Assembly: GCA_964584665.1 (NCBI GenBank)
Contig: CAZPAO010000011.1
Coordinates: 1,132-65,131 of the forward strand
Direction of reading: 5' to 3'
Origin: an uncultured Gammaproteobacteria bacterium
GTDB lineage: Bacteria > Pseudomonadota > Gammaproteobacteria > Natronospirales > REEB76
Length of the DNA stretch: 64,000 bases
Positions 16,995 to 25,169 of this stretch are shown here, piece after piece. A program made the position numbers and the translations under genes. Positions within the stretch are counted from its first letter, which is position 1, and each line of letters starts with the position of its first letter. Below the pieces are notes generated by a model. It ran no database searches. It worked only from the letters and a program-made list of their open reading frames with translations, and was not told the origin of the DNA.

Positions 16995-17528
16995 TCAGAG
17001 GTCCAGGACCTGGGCCACGTCCTTGGCCTCGAGGCGTTCGCTGTCGTGCCCCATGGTGGCGGAGCAGATGTCACGTCCCTCGGCGAGATCGCGGTAGTGG
17101 TGCGGCAAGGCGGCGATGTCCTGCAGGGTGGTGCTGTTGGTGTAGCTCGGCATGCCGTCCTCGCCCAGCTGGAAGGTGTATGTACCGCCGTAGTTGAAGC
17201 AGTTGGCCTGCACGTCGAACCAGCCGTTGGGGGTGGTGATGGGGTAGTTGCTGCGGCCGTCCGGATTGTAGCTGAGCAGGTGGTAACGGCCCGGGGGCAG
17301 CGAGGCCATGGCATAGCCCACGCTGTCGCCGGCGGCGATGTGGCGCACCTTGATGCTGATGGGCTTGGCCCCTTCCTGCTGCACCACGATGTCGGAGCTG
17401 GCGAAGATGTTGGTGGCGGCGACATAGAGGCCGAGCTGGCCCGGATCGTTCTCGAAGGCATGCTGCGGGGTGGAGCAGCCGCACAGGAGCCAGGCTGCGG
17501 CGGAAAGCGACAGGACGAGCGACTTCAT
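16995..17528 (-). CDS. lipoprotein, paralog 3 of an unnamed family
   Basis: GGAGA SD. Lipobox LLCGCS. Motifs LGLYVAATN, SLPPGRYH, WFDVQANCFNYGG, GRDIC. Confidence 0.75.
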   Translation of the reverse strand: MKSLVLSLSAAAWLLCGCSTPQHAFENDPGQLGLYVAATNIFASSDIVVQQEGAKPISIKVRHIAAGDSVGYAMASLPPGRYHLLSYNPDGRSNYPITTPNGWFDVQANCFNYGGTYTFQLGEDGMPSYTNSTTLQDIAALPHHYRDLAEGRDICSATMGHDSERLEAKDVAQVLDL

Positions 17529-17591
17529 GGTATCTCCCTGACAAAGATGAGGCCCGGCAGCCGCCGGGACCGGGCAAGACCTCGCGGGTCT

Positions 17592-17613
17592 ATGTACTAA
17601 AATTATAGTACAT
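17592..17613 (-). promoter_or_regulatory. palindromic operator candidate containing a minus-strand TATAAT
   Basis: ATGTACTA-aaatta-TAGTACAT (8-bp arms). The minus strand reads TATAAT at 17602-17607, 74 nt upstream of the 17528 start. Confidence 0.45.
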
Positions 17614-17645
17614 GTCCCGTCCCGGCTGACAAGCCGGGACGGGAC
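17614..17645 (-). terminator. stem-loop after the MAPEG gene (14-bp perfect GC-rich stem)
   Basis: GTCCCGTCCCGGCT-gaca-AGCCGGGACGGGAC, 8 nt after the stop at 17653. Weak U-tract. Confidence 0.5.
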
Positions 17646-17652
17646 GAAGGCT

Positions 17653-18042
17653 TCAGAACAGAGGGATGGCGAGCATCAAGATGCCCACCAGGGACACGGT
17701 CCAGATGCCTGTGCGCAGCACCGGGATGCCGGAGGCATAGACCGGCAGGTAGGCCACACGGGCCCAGAAATAGATCATGGCGCCCCAAGCCGTGAGCGCG
17801 GTATGCACGCCCATCGCCCCGCCCAGGAGCACCAGGGCGGCGAAGAACGGGAAGGTCTCCAGGAAGTTATACAGCGCGCGGTCGAGGCGCCCCGGCACTT
17901 TCGGCAGCGGCGGCATCACCTCGTCGCGGGGGCTGAAGCCCCAGGGCATGCCCCGCACCAGGATGGCGCCGGTGGCGGCGATGGCCACCTGCACCAGCCC
18001 CAGGATCACGCTCCATAGCAGCATCTGATATTCACCGGTCAT
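17653..18042 (-). CDS. MAPEG family membrane protein (glutathione-transferase-like)
   Basis: 129 aa, 4 TM. Motifs RALYNFLETFPFFAA and RVAYLPVY are typical of MAPEG. Confidence 0.75.
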   Translation of the reverse strand: MTGEYQMLLWSVILGLVQVAIAATGAILVRGMPWGFSPRDEVMPPLPKVPGRLDRALYNFLETFPFFAALVLLGGAMGVHTALTAWGAMIYFWARVAYLPVYASGIPVLRTGIWTVSLVGILMLAIPLF

Positions 18043-18078
18043 GTACCTCTCCTCGCGTGGATGAAGATGTCGGGAGAG

Positions 18079-18450
18079 TCACTTGTCGTGACTCTCGCCC
18101 CAATGGAAAAGATGCATGACCCGGTGCAGCACCGGTGCCGTCATGATGCCGACGATGATGATGAACACGAGGCCCGCATAGAGGGCGTAGAAGCCGGCGA
18201 ACACCTTGCCGCCGTCAGAGAGGCCCTCGGTCTTGATGGGCCCCATGCCACCCAGCAGCATGGCGCTGTTGACGAAGGCGTCGCGCCAACCCATGTCCTC
18301 GTAGTAGGCGTACCCGCCCATGCCGATGGCGAGGGAGAAGGCCACCAACACCTGGGCGAACAGCGCGTGTTTGAGCATGCGCAGCAGGAAGCGGCCGCGG
18401 CTGAGAGGCTTCGCATGGCGCGGTTCGTATAGAGACCGGACTACCGACAT
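18079..18450 (-). CDS. small two-TM membrane protein, ion-channel-like layout
   Basis: TM1, re-entrant-like segment (WRDAFVNSAMLLGGMGP), then TM2. No canonical TxGYG filter. Confidence 0.55.
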   Translation of the reverse strand: MSVVRSLYEPRHAKPLSRGRFLLRMLKHALFAQVLVAFSLAIGMGGYAYYEDMGWRDAFVNSAMLLGGMGPIKTEGLSDGGKVFAGFYALYAGLVFIIIVGIMTAPVLHRVMHLFHWGESHDK

Positions 18451-18487
18451 CTCCCTTTCCCTCTGGATAAACCGACCTCAATCTACA

Positions 18488-18632
18488 CTTAAAAGCGTCC
18501 CGAGCGAAGGGCGTGTACTGCGCGTGCGCAAGGCGAGTCCTCGCACTCGCCGCTCTCGCACGTCCTTTGTGCTCCGCGGCACGTACGCACCCCGCTACAG
18601 ATAACGCCCTGCCAAGCGCAGCTGCTTTTAAG
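18488..18632. repeat. MITE/REP-like intergenic element, copy A
   Basis: 9-bp perfect terminal inverted repeat CTTAAAAGC / GCTTTTAAG. Both sub-terminal regions match copy B (17/19 and 24/26 nt). Confidence 0.7.
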
Positions 18633-19584
18633 CCACCCTGTTCCGCATCTCTCCCTTCTGGAACGCAGCGATGTTCAGCGCCATCTCATCCACCACCCGC
18701 TGGCGCGCCTCGCGGGCGGCCCAGGCCACGTGCGGGGTGACGATGAGGTTGGGGATGGAAGGGTCCAGCAGCGGGTTGCCGTGCACCGGCGGCTCCTCCG
18801 AGAGCACGTCGATGCCGGCCCCGGCCAGGCGTCCGGCCCGCAGCATGGTAGCCAGGGCGTGCTCATCCACGATGGCGCCGCGGGAGCAGTTGATGAGCAC
18901 CGCCGTGGGCTTCATGAGGGTGAGTTCATTGGGGCCGATGAGGCCGCGGGTCTCGGGGGTGAGGGGCATGTGGATGCTTAGGACATCCACGAGGGGCAGC
19001 AAGTCGTGCAGCGGCAGGCGGCCCTGGCGCTTGTCGTCCTTGTTGCGGGCGGCGAGGAACACGCCCATGCCGAAGGCCTCCGCCACCCGCGCCACCGCCT
19101 GTCCGGTGTGGCCGTAACCCAGGATGCCCATCCGCTTTCCGGCGAGTTCGCGGATGGGGTAGTCGAGCATGGTGAATTGGGGCGAACGCTTCCAGGCGCC
19201 CTCCCTGAGCAGCGCCTCGTAACCCTTCAAGTGCTGGGTGAGGGCGAGCAGGAGCGCGAACACATGCTGGGCCATGGAAGCGGTGGAATAGGCCGGCACG
19301 TTGGTGACGCCTATCTTGCGGTCCCAGGAGGCGGCGAGGTCCACGTTGTTGACGCCGGTGGCGGCCACGCTGATGAGCTTCACCGCGGGCAGGCGCTTCA
19401 CGATGTCCGCCGGCAGCTTCACCTTGTTGATGATCACCACGTCGGCATCCGCGACGTGCTCGAGCACCCGCTCCGGAGGCGTGACCGCGTAGGTGCGCAG
19501 CACCGACAACACCTTCTCCAGGGGGCGCAGCTTGATGTCGCCCTGGTGGCTCACGGTATCGAGATCGAGGAATACGCCCTTCAT
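18628..19584 (-). CDS. D-isomer-specific 2-hydroxyacid dehydrogenase (glycerate/hydroxypyruvate reductase-like)
   Basis: NAD motif GILGYGHTGQAVA. Catalytic-region motifs NCSRGAIVDE and TPHVAW. Confidence 0.9.
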   Translation of the reverse strand: MKGVFLDLDTVSHQGDIKLRPLEKVLSVLRTYAVTPPERVLEHVADADVVIINKVKLPADIVKRLPAVKLISVAATGVNNVDLAASWDRKIGVTNVPAYSTASMAQHVFALLLALTQHLKGYEALLREGAWKRSPQFTMLDYPIRELAGKRMGILGYGHTGQAVARVAEAFGMGVFLAARNKDDKRQGRLPLHDLLPLVDVLSIHMPLTPETRGLIGPNELTLMKPTAVLINCSRGAIVDEHALATMLRAGRLAGAGIDVLSEEPPVHGNPLLDPSIPNLIVTPHVAWAAREARQRVVDEMALNIAAFQKGEMRNRVA

Positions 19585-19674
19585 CGCTGCAGCCTCTCCT
19601 CCCTGGCGCGGATACTACACCGCCGCGCCCTCACGGGCGCGGCGGCGGTTTATGTCGCACGGTCCGAGGAAGCG

Positions 19675-20493
19675 TCAGTGGGTGAGCGCCTCGACGATCT
19701 TCTGCGCGATGAGGTCGGCGGCATGGTTGATGCCGCCGGGACCAGCGCCCGGACCCCACAGGTAGGTGACTTGCCCCGTCTGCTCATCCTTGTTGGCGAT
19801 GTAACCGGTGTCGGGACTGTTGGCCGTGAAGCGGATGTCGTAGATGCCGCTCAGGTCGTCGCTGAAGTTGTAGTAGTTGAAGGTGCAGTTCACGCTCTGA
19901 CAGATGGGCACGTGCAGGGTGACGATGCCACCCACTTCGCCCGTGGCCACCACGATGAACTTGGCCTCCACGCTGGCCACCGCCTCGCCCACCTTGCCGG
20001 AACCGCCGGTGCCCGGCTGCCCGCTGTCGGTGAGATAGTCCTGGCTCACGAGCCAGTCCTGCGGATCGTCGAACTTGAGGGAGCTCACGTCGATGATGAG
20101 GTCCGTGTCCACCCGCGACTGGATCTCCTTGTAGCTGGTGATGCCCTTCTCGTTCATGAGGTTGTTGAGCAGGGCCCGGTCGCGCACCACGAAGCCGGCC
20201 TTGAACAGGCGCTTCTCGATGATGTCGTAGGCGCCGTTCAAGGAGGTGTCGGCGTTGCCGCTCTGGCCGGTCTGGGACTGGGTCACGTTGTTGCTGACGT
20301 TGGGCACGCGCAGCACGACCTTGAGCGCGGGGTTCTCGTGCACGAGCTTGGTGAGGCTCGGGCGCACGTCGATCTCGTCCTGGGGCGGCGGCGGCCAGTT
20401 CACGCGGGTGATGTTGTAGGACTGGGTGGTGGCGCAGCCGGAAAGCAAAAGGCAAGCCGCGAAGGCAGCAAGCTTGAGAGTCTTGGCGAACAT
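19675..20493 (-). CDS. lipoprotein, possibly CsgG/HfaB-like
   Basis: Strong SD. Lipobox LLLSGC. Segment IEKRLFKAGFVVRDRALLNNLMNEKG resembles CsgG-family N-domains. Family assignment is weak. Confidence 0.6.
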   Translation of the reverse strand: MFAKTLKLAAFAACLLLSGCATTQSYNITRVNWPPPPQDEIDVRPSLTKLVHENPALKVVLRVPNVSNNVTQSQTGQSGNADTSLNGAYDIIEKRLFKAGFVVRDRALLNNLMNEKGITSYKEIQSRVDTDLIIDVSSLKFDDPQDWLVSQDYLTDSGQPGTGGSGKVGEAVASVEAKFIVVATGEVGGIVTLHVPICQSVNCTFNYYNFSDDLSGIYDIRFTANSPDTGYIANKDEQTGQVTYLWGPGAGPGGINHAADLIAQKIVEALTH

Positions 20494-20675
20494 GAGATCT
20501 CCCCTCCCCCATGATTATCGTGCTGTCACTCTAGCCCTCGGGAGACGGAAAGGTCCACGCGGTGACATTCTCGCGCGGCTCAGCCACGCGCAAGCGCTTG
20601 TTTTGACTGGGATTGGAATGGGACAGCTGCCGCTTACGGTATAGTCTGCGCCGCCCTCAAACGCCGGGATGCCGA

Positions 20676-21317
20676 ATGTATACCCCCAGCCATTTCGACG
20701 AACGCGACCTCGCCGCCCAGCAGGCGGTGATCACGCGCCATCCCTTCGCGCTGCTGGTGACGCAACACGCGGGCGAGACCCACCTCACCCACCTGCCCTT
20801 CCACCTGGACGCGAGCCGTGGCCCGCGCGGCACGCTGGAAGCGCACCTCGCCCGGGTGAACCCGCACTCCGATGCGATCCTGGCAGGCGCGCCCTCCACG
20901 GTGGTGTTCAAGGGGCCCGATACCTACGTCTCGCCGCGCTGGTACGTGGACCCGGCCAAGAACGTGCCCACCTGGAACTACGTGGCGGTGCACGTGCACG
21001 GCCGGCCGAAGCCGGTGACGGAGCCCGCGGCGCTGCTGGCCCTCATCGGCCGGCTCACGGACGAGCATGAAGCATACATAGAGCAACCTTGGAGCATGGC
21101 CGAGGCGCGCCCTTATGTGGAGCGGCTGGTGGGTCACATCGTGGGGTTCACGCTCGAGATGGAGCGCATCGAAGGCAAGTTCAAGTTGAGCCAGAACCGC
21201 AGCGATGACGACCGTGCCGGCGTGCTCAAGGAGTTCGCTAGGAACGGAGCAGACGGCGTGAAAGAGATGCTGGCCCTGATGCGCGGGCTCTACACGGAAG
21301 ACGGCAAGCTCCGCTGA
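20676..21317 (+). CDS. paiB: FMN-binding negative transcriptional regulator PaiB family
   Basis: MYTPSHFDERD.., PTWNYVAVHVHG, KFKLSQNR motifs. Confidence 0.8.
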   Translation: MYTPSHFDERDLAAQQAVITRHPFALLVTQHAGETHLTHLPFHLDASRGPRGTLEAHLARVNPHSDAILAGAPSTVVFKGPDTYVSPRWYVDPAKNVPTWNYVAVHVHGRPKPVTEPAALLALIGRLTDEHEAYIEQPWSMAEARPYVERLVGHIVGFTLEMERIEGKFKLSQNRSDDDRAGVLKEFARNGADGVKEMLALMRGLYTEDGKLR

Positions 21318-21318
21318 A

Positions 21319-22092
21319 TCACTGCGCCGCCTTCGGCGGCAAGAACACGGCCGGGTCGAACTTGGGGTTTATCTTGAGCGACTTCACCTGTTGGTGCGCG
21401 AGTTCCTTGCCGCTGACGATGTCCTTGTTGACGGAGGCGAAGGCGTACTGCAGGCCCTCCACGGGCCGGTAGTCGGACCAGTCCGTCTCCACCCAGGTCT
21501 CGTGCCCGTCCAGCGCCGGGTGGAACGCACGGAAGTCGCGGCCACGGTCGATCATCCAGGTGTCAGGGTTGACGTAGCGGTAACTCTCGAAGCCATCGCT
21601 CAGCTTGAGCTTCAGCACGTAGTAGTCGATGCCGTCCAAGCGCTCGCGTCCCGCATATTCCAGCGTGTGCCCGTTCGAGCGCATGTCCTTCAGGTTGAAG
21701 ATGTTCCCGGGGAATTGGGTGCCGTGCCAGAGTGCTGCGCTGTGGGGATCGACCACCGGCGTGCTGCCGTCCTTGCCGAGATCCCATCCCTGGTGCCCGT
21801 CATAGGCCTCGGTGTAGACGCGCTTGCCGCCCTTCAGGATGTCGATGCGCATGCGCCCGTCGCGGGTCACCTTGTAGTCCGCGTCCAGGTCCTGCCCGCC
21901 GTCCTGCATGGCCAGGCTCAACTCCAGGGTCTCGATGCCGGAAGTGTCCTGCCCGTGGGTCACGGCACGCTGGTTGTTGGCGACGATCTGGTCCAGGTCC
22001 ACGGGCGGGGCCGGCAGGGCGCCGGCCGCGGCGGTCAGGCCCGCCAAGCCCAGGAACACGATACAAAGCCCGTCGCTACGTCTGTTGCGCAT
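21319..22092 (-). CDS. secreted protein, LolA-like / outer-membrane lipoprotein-sorting-like (family uncertain)
   Basis: ATG 22092 is preceded by GGAGAAGGAAG. Signal peptide. Stop is 1 nt from the convergent paiB stop. Confidence 0.55.
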   Translation of the reverse strand: MRNRRSDGLCIVFLGLAGLTAAAGALPAPPVDLDQIVANNQRAVTHGQDTSGIETLELSLAMQDGGQDLDADYKVTRDGRMRIDILKGGKRVYTEAYDGHQGWDLGKDGSTPVVDPHSAALWHGTQFPGNIFNLKDMRSNGHTLEYAGRERLDGIDYYVLKLKLSDGFESYRYVNPDTWMIDRGRDFRAFHPALDGHETWVETDWSDYRPVEGLQYAFASVNKDIVSGKELAHQQVKSLKINPKFDPAVFLPPKAAQ

Positions 22093-22191
22093 CTTCCTTC
22101 TCCGCACTCTGGCACGGTGGAACGTGCCTCATGGAGATAGATGCGCCGGCCCCCTAAAAGGTTGCGCCGGACACTTCCGGACACTTTCAGG

Positions 22192-22722
22192 TCAAAACAG
22201 CTTGGCCTGCCGGCTCGCAGCCGGGAGCGCGCCTTCCAGGGCCAGGAGCTTCTGCTTGATGGGCAGTCCCCCGCCGAAGCCGGTGAGGGAACCGTCAGCG
22301 CCGATGACCCGGTGACAGGGCACGATCACCGGGATCGGGTTCTGGCCGTTGGCGGCGCCCACGGCGCGAGGCGCCTCCGGATGGCGTATGCGGCGGGCCA
22401 GCTCACCGTAGGACCAAGTCTTGCCGTAGGGGATGGTCCTGAGCGCCTTCCACACCTTGAGCTGGAACTCGGTGCCCTGGGGCGAGAGCGGCAGGTCGAA
22501 GTCCGTGAGCTTGCCGGCGAAATAGGCCTTGAGCTGGCGCTTCACTTCGCGGAACGGCCGCTCCGAAGGCTCCCAGCTCTTGTCCGGCTTGGTGGGCCCG
22601 CGCTTGCCGTCCTGGAAATATACGCCGTGCAATGCGTCCGCATCGCCCACCAGCAGGAGACCGCCGATGGGGGTGTCCAGGGTGTGGTGGTAGAGATGTT
22701 CGCCGCGGATGAGTGATTTCAT
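22192..22722 (-). CDS. ogt: methylated-DNA--protein-cysteine methyltransferase
   Basis: Active site IPCHRVIG. GGAGAG SD before ATG 22722. An alternative ATG at 22842 would overlap the upstream stop (ATGA). Confidence 0.85.
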   Translation of the reverse strand: MKSLIRGEHLYHHTLDTPIGGLLLVGDADALHGVYFQDGKRGPTKPDKSWEPSERPFREVKRQLKAYFAGKLTDFDLPLSPQGTEFQLKVWKALRTIPYGKTWSYGELARRIRHPEAPRAVGAANGQNPIPVIVPCHRVIGADGSLTGFGGGLPIKQKLLALEGALPAASRQAKLF

Positions 22723-22838
22723 GCTGCTCTCCAAGAGTATCGATTCCCAAGATGTCTTCGCTTCCTCCCTCTCCCGGAAGGAGTGCGCTTCGCTCTCCGG
22801 GAGGAAGGTTGGGATGAGAGTGATCTGTTCCCAGGTAT

Positions 22839-24302
22839 TCATGTCTCCTCCGAAGAGGCGCGCCACAGGTGCAATACGGCGTAGGCGCGCCAGGGGCGCC
22901 AGGCCTCCGCGGCCTTGAGCAGTCCCTTGGTGGTGAGCGGCTGCTTGCCGCCGGCCATGCGCCGCAGGATCAGGTCTTCAGCGGGGAACGCGTCCGGATC
23001 AGAGAGGCCGCGCATGGCGATGTATTCCGCGGTCCAGTTGCCGATGCCCGGCAGCGCGACCAGCGCGGCGCGCAGCTCCTCGGCACCCGCATCGAAGCTC
23101 ACCTGCCCGTCCCGCACCGCCTTCGCCAGCCCAACCAGGGTCTTGGCGCGGGCGCCGGTGAGACCGATGCCAGTGAGGTCCGCATCCGCGAGCGCTTCCG
23201 GCGTGGGGAAGAGATGGGTGAGACCCTCGGCCGGGTTCGACAAGGCCTCGCCGTAAGCGCTGACGATGCGCATGGCGAAAGTGCGGGCCGCCGCCACGCT
23301 CACCTGCTGGCCCAAGACAGCTCTGACAGCGATCTCAAACGGATCCCAGGCACCAGGCACGCGCAGACCCGGGCGCTTGCGCAGGAGCGGCATGAGACGC
23401 TTGTCCTTCTTCAAGACCGCGCGCACGTCCGCCGGGTCCGCCGCGAGATCGAACATCTGCCGCACCCTGGACACCACGCCGAACAGGGCAGCCGACCCGA
23501 GGCCGTGCACCGCGAGTTCCAAGGCGTCCACCTTCGGCACCGGCTTCACCTCGAACCAGCCGCTGGCGGCGCCCATGCGCACGGTGCGGGCGTAGCCGCC
23601 CTCGCTCACACGCTCCACGCCGGGCAAGGCCCGGGTGGCGAGGAAATCCCGCAGCGCCACCCAGTCATAGGGCGGCCGGTAGGCGAGCCGCAAGCGCAGC
23701 GCATCGTCGACACCCGCCTGGGACCGCCGCTCGCGGCGCAGCTCCCGCGGCGCGCGGCCGTAGGTCTGGCGGAACGCATCGTTGAAGCGGCGCAGGCTGC
23801 CGAAGCCACTGGCGAGCGCGATGTCCGTCATCGCCAAGCGGGTGTCGTCTATCAGGTGCTTCGCGAAATGCAGCCGGCGGGTCTGGGCCACTGCCAGGGG
23901 CGAGGCGCCGAGATGCTGCACGAACAGCCGGTGCAGGTGGCGCGGGCCTATCCCCAGGCGCGAAGCGAGATGGTCCACGCTCTCCGTGTCCAGGGCCCCT
24001 TCCTGGATGAGCTTGAGCGCACGGCGCACCGTGGCGGAGGTGCCGAGCCAGGCCGGCGAACCCGGCGCCGCCTCGGGCCGGCAGCGCAGGCAGGGGCGGA
24101 AGCCTGCCTCGGCCGCCGCAGCGGCACTGGGGAAATAGCGCACGTTGCGCTGCTTCGCCGTGGGCGCGGGGCAGATGGAGCGGCAGTAGATGCCGGTGGA
24201 GGTCACACCGATGAAGAAACGGCCGTCGAAGCGCGGGTCCTGCGCGAGCCGGGCCCGGTCGCAGGCAGCGAAGTCGAGGTGCATCGAGGTGGCGTGTTCC
24301 AT
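22839..24302 (-). CDS. bifunctional Ada N-terminal regulator (Zn-Cys4, AraC HTH) / AlkA DNA-3-methyladenine glycosylase II
   Basis: Ada Zn site IYCRSICPA...FRPCLRCRP, then an AraC-type HTH, then AlkA_N and HhH-GPD (..GIGNWTAEY..). Confidence 0.85.
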   Translation of the reverse strand: MEHATSMHLDFAACDRARLAQDPRFDGRFFIGVTSTGIYCRSICPAPTAKQRNVRYFPSAAAAAEAGFRPCLRCRPEAAPGSPAWLGTSATVRRALKLIQEGALDTESVDHLASRLGIGPRHLHRLFVQHLGASPLAVAQTRRLHFAKHLIDDTRLAMTDIALASGFGSLRRFNDAFRQTYGRAPRELRRERRSQAGVDDALRLRLAYRPPYDWVALRDFLATRALPGVERVSEGGYARTVRMGAASGWFEVKPVPKVDALELAVHGLGSAALFGVVSRVRQMFDLAADPADVRAVLKKDKRLMPLLRKRPGLRVPGAWDPFEIAVRAVLGQQVSVAAARTFAMRIVSAYGEALSNPAEGLTHLFPTPEALADADLTGIGLTGARAKTLVGLAKAVRDGQVSFDAGAEELRAALVALPGIGNWTAEYIAMRGLSDPDAFPAEDLILRRMAGGKQPLTTKGLLKAAEAWRPWRAYAVLHLWRASSEET

Positions 24303-24334
24303 GGGCGGAACTATACGCCAGCGACTTCGAAAAA

Positions 24335-25147
24335 CTAGCTGTTTTCGGACCTGGATTCGGGCCTGATTTCAGGCCTTGGGCCCACGAAGTCGCCTGGTCG
24401 GTCCGGCGCATCGAGGAGGAAACCCTGGCGATGCTCCACGTCTGACAATAAGCGGTCCAACTCGTCCTTGACGATGGCGTAGCACTCGCACACGCGCGCC
24501 TCCAGGCCTTGGCGATCGAGGGCGGCGATCTGACCGCGGCGGTTGCGGATGAAGCCCGCCTCCTGCAGTCGCCCGACGGCGGCGGTGATGCCCTCACGGC
24601 GCACTCCCAGCATGTTGGCCACCAGCTGCTGCGTCATGACTATCTCATGCGACGGAGCCCGATCGAGCGTGAGCAACAGCCAGCGGCACAACTGCTGCTC
24701 CACCGAATGGTGACGGTTGCAGGCCGCGGTCTGGGTCATCTGGGTGATCAAAGCCTGCGTATAGCGCAACAACAGTTGCCGCATGAAACCCATGCGGGCG
24801 AACTCGCGCTTGAGCACGTTACTGTCCAGGCGATAGGCATGCCCGGCGATCGGCACCACGGCTGAACTGGGCGTACTGCCCCCGCCCATGAAGAGCGAGA
24901 TGCCGATCATGCCTTCATTCCCCACCCCCGCGCTCTCGGCCGAAGCACCTGACTCCAGCACATAGTGCAGGGAGACCACGGCGGTGACGGGGAAATAGGC
25001 GTGGCTCATCCGCACACCGGGCTCATACAATATCTGTCCCAGCGGCAATGAAACCAGCTCCAGGTACGGGCTGATACGGTCGAACTCCTCCGCCGGCAGC
25101 GCCGCGAGGAGATGGTTCTGGTTAGGGTCGGGAGCGAGGTTTGGCAT
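24335..25147 (-). CDS. Crp/Fnr-family transcriptional regulator, paralog 1
   Basis: CAP beta-roll plus C-terminal HTH (MTQQLVANMLGVRREGIT). Shares LLRYTQALITQMTQTAACNRHH and RVCECY with 55579 and 59308. Confidence 0.8.
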   Translation of the reverse strand: MPNLAPDPNQNHLLAALPAEEFDRISPYLELVSLPLGQILYEPGVRMSHAYFPVTAVVSLHYVLESGASAESAGVGNEGMIGISLFMGGGSTPSSAVVPIAGHAYRLDSNVLKREFARMGFMRQLLLRYTQALITQMTQTAACNRHHSVEQQLCRWLLLTLDRAPSHEIVMTQQLVANMLGVRREGITAAVGRLQEAGFIRNRRGQIAALDRQGLEARVCECYAIVKDELDRLLSDVEHRQGFLLDAPDRPGDFVGPRPEIRPESRSENS

Positions 25148-25169
25148 CGTGAAGTTGATAGCGGGCGCG

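Noticed and set aside
17592-17613. The ATGTACTA..TAGTACAT palindrome as a LexA (SOS) box.
   Set aside because: It matches neither CTGT-N8-ACAG nor the TTAG-N6-TACTA type in orientation or spacing. The downstream genes are lipoproteins, not SOS functions.
22723-22842. An N-terminal 40-aa extension of Ogt starting at ATG 22842, which would overlap the Ada-AlkA stop.
   Set aside because: The segment has lower GC and weaker third-position GC bias than the surrounding CDS. The downstream ATG 22722 has a GGAGAG SD and gives a normal-length Ogt. It is kept only as an alternative.
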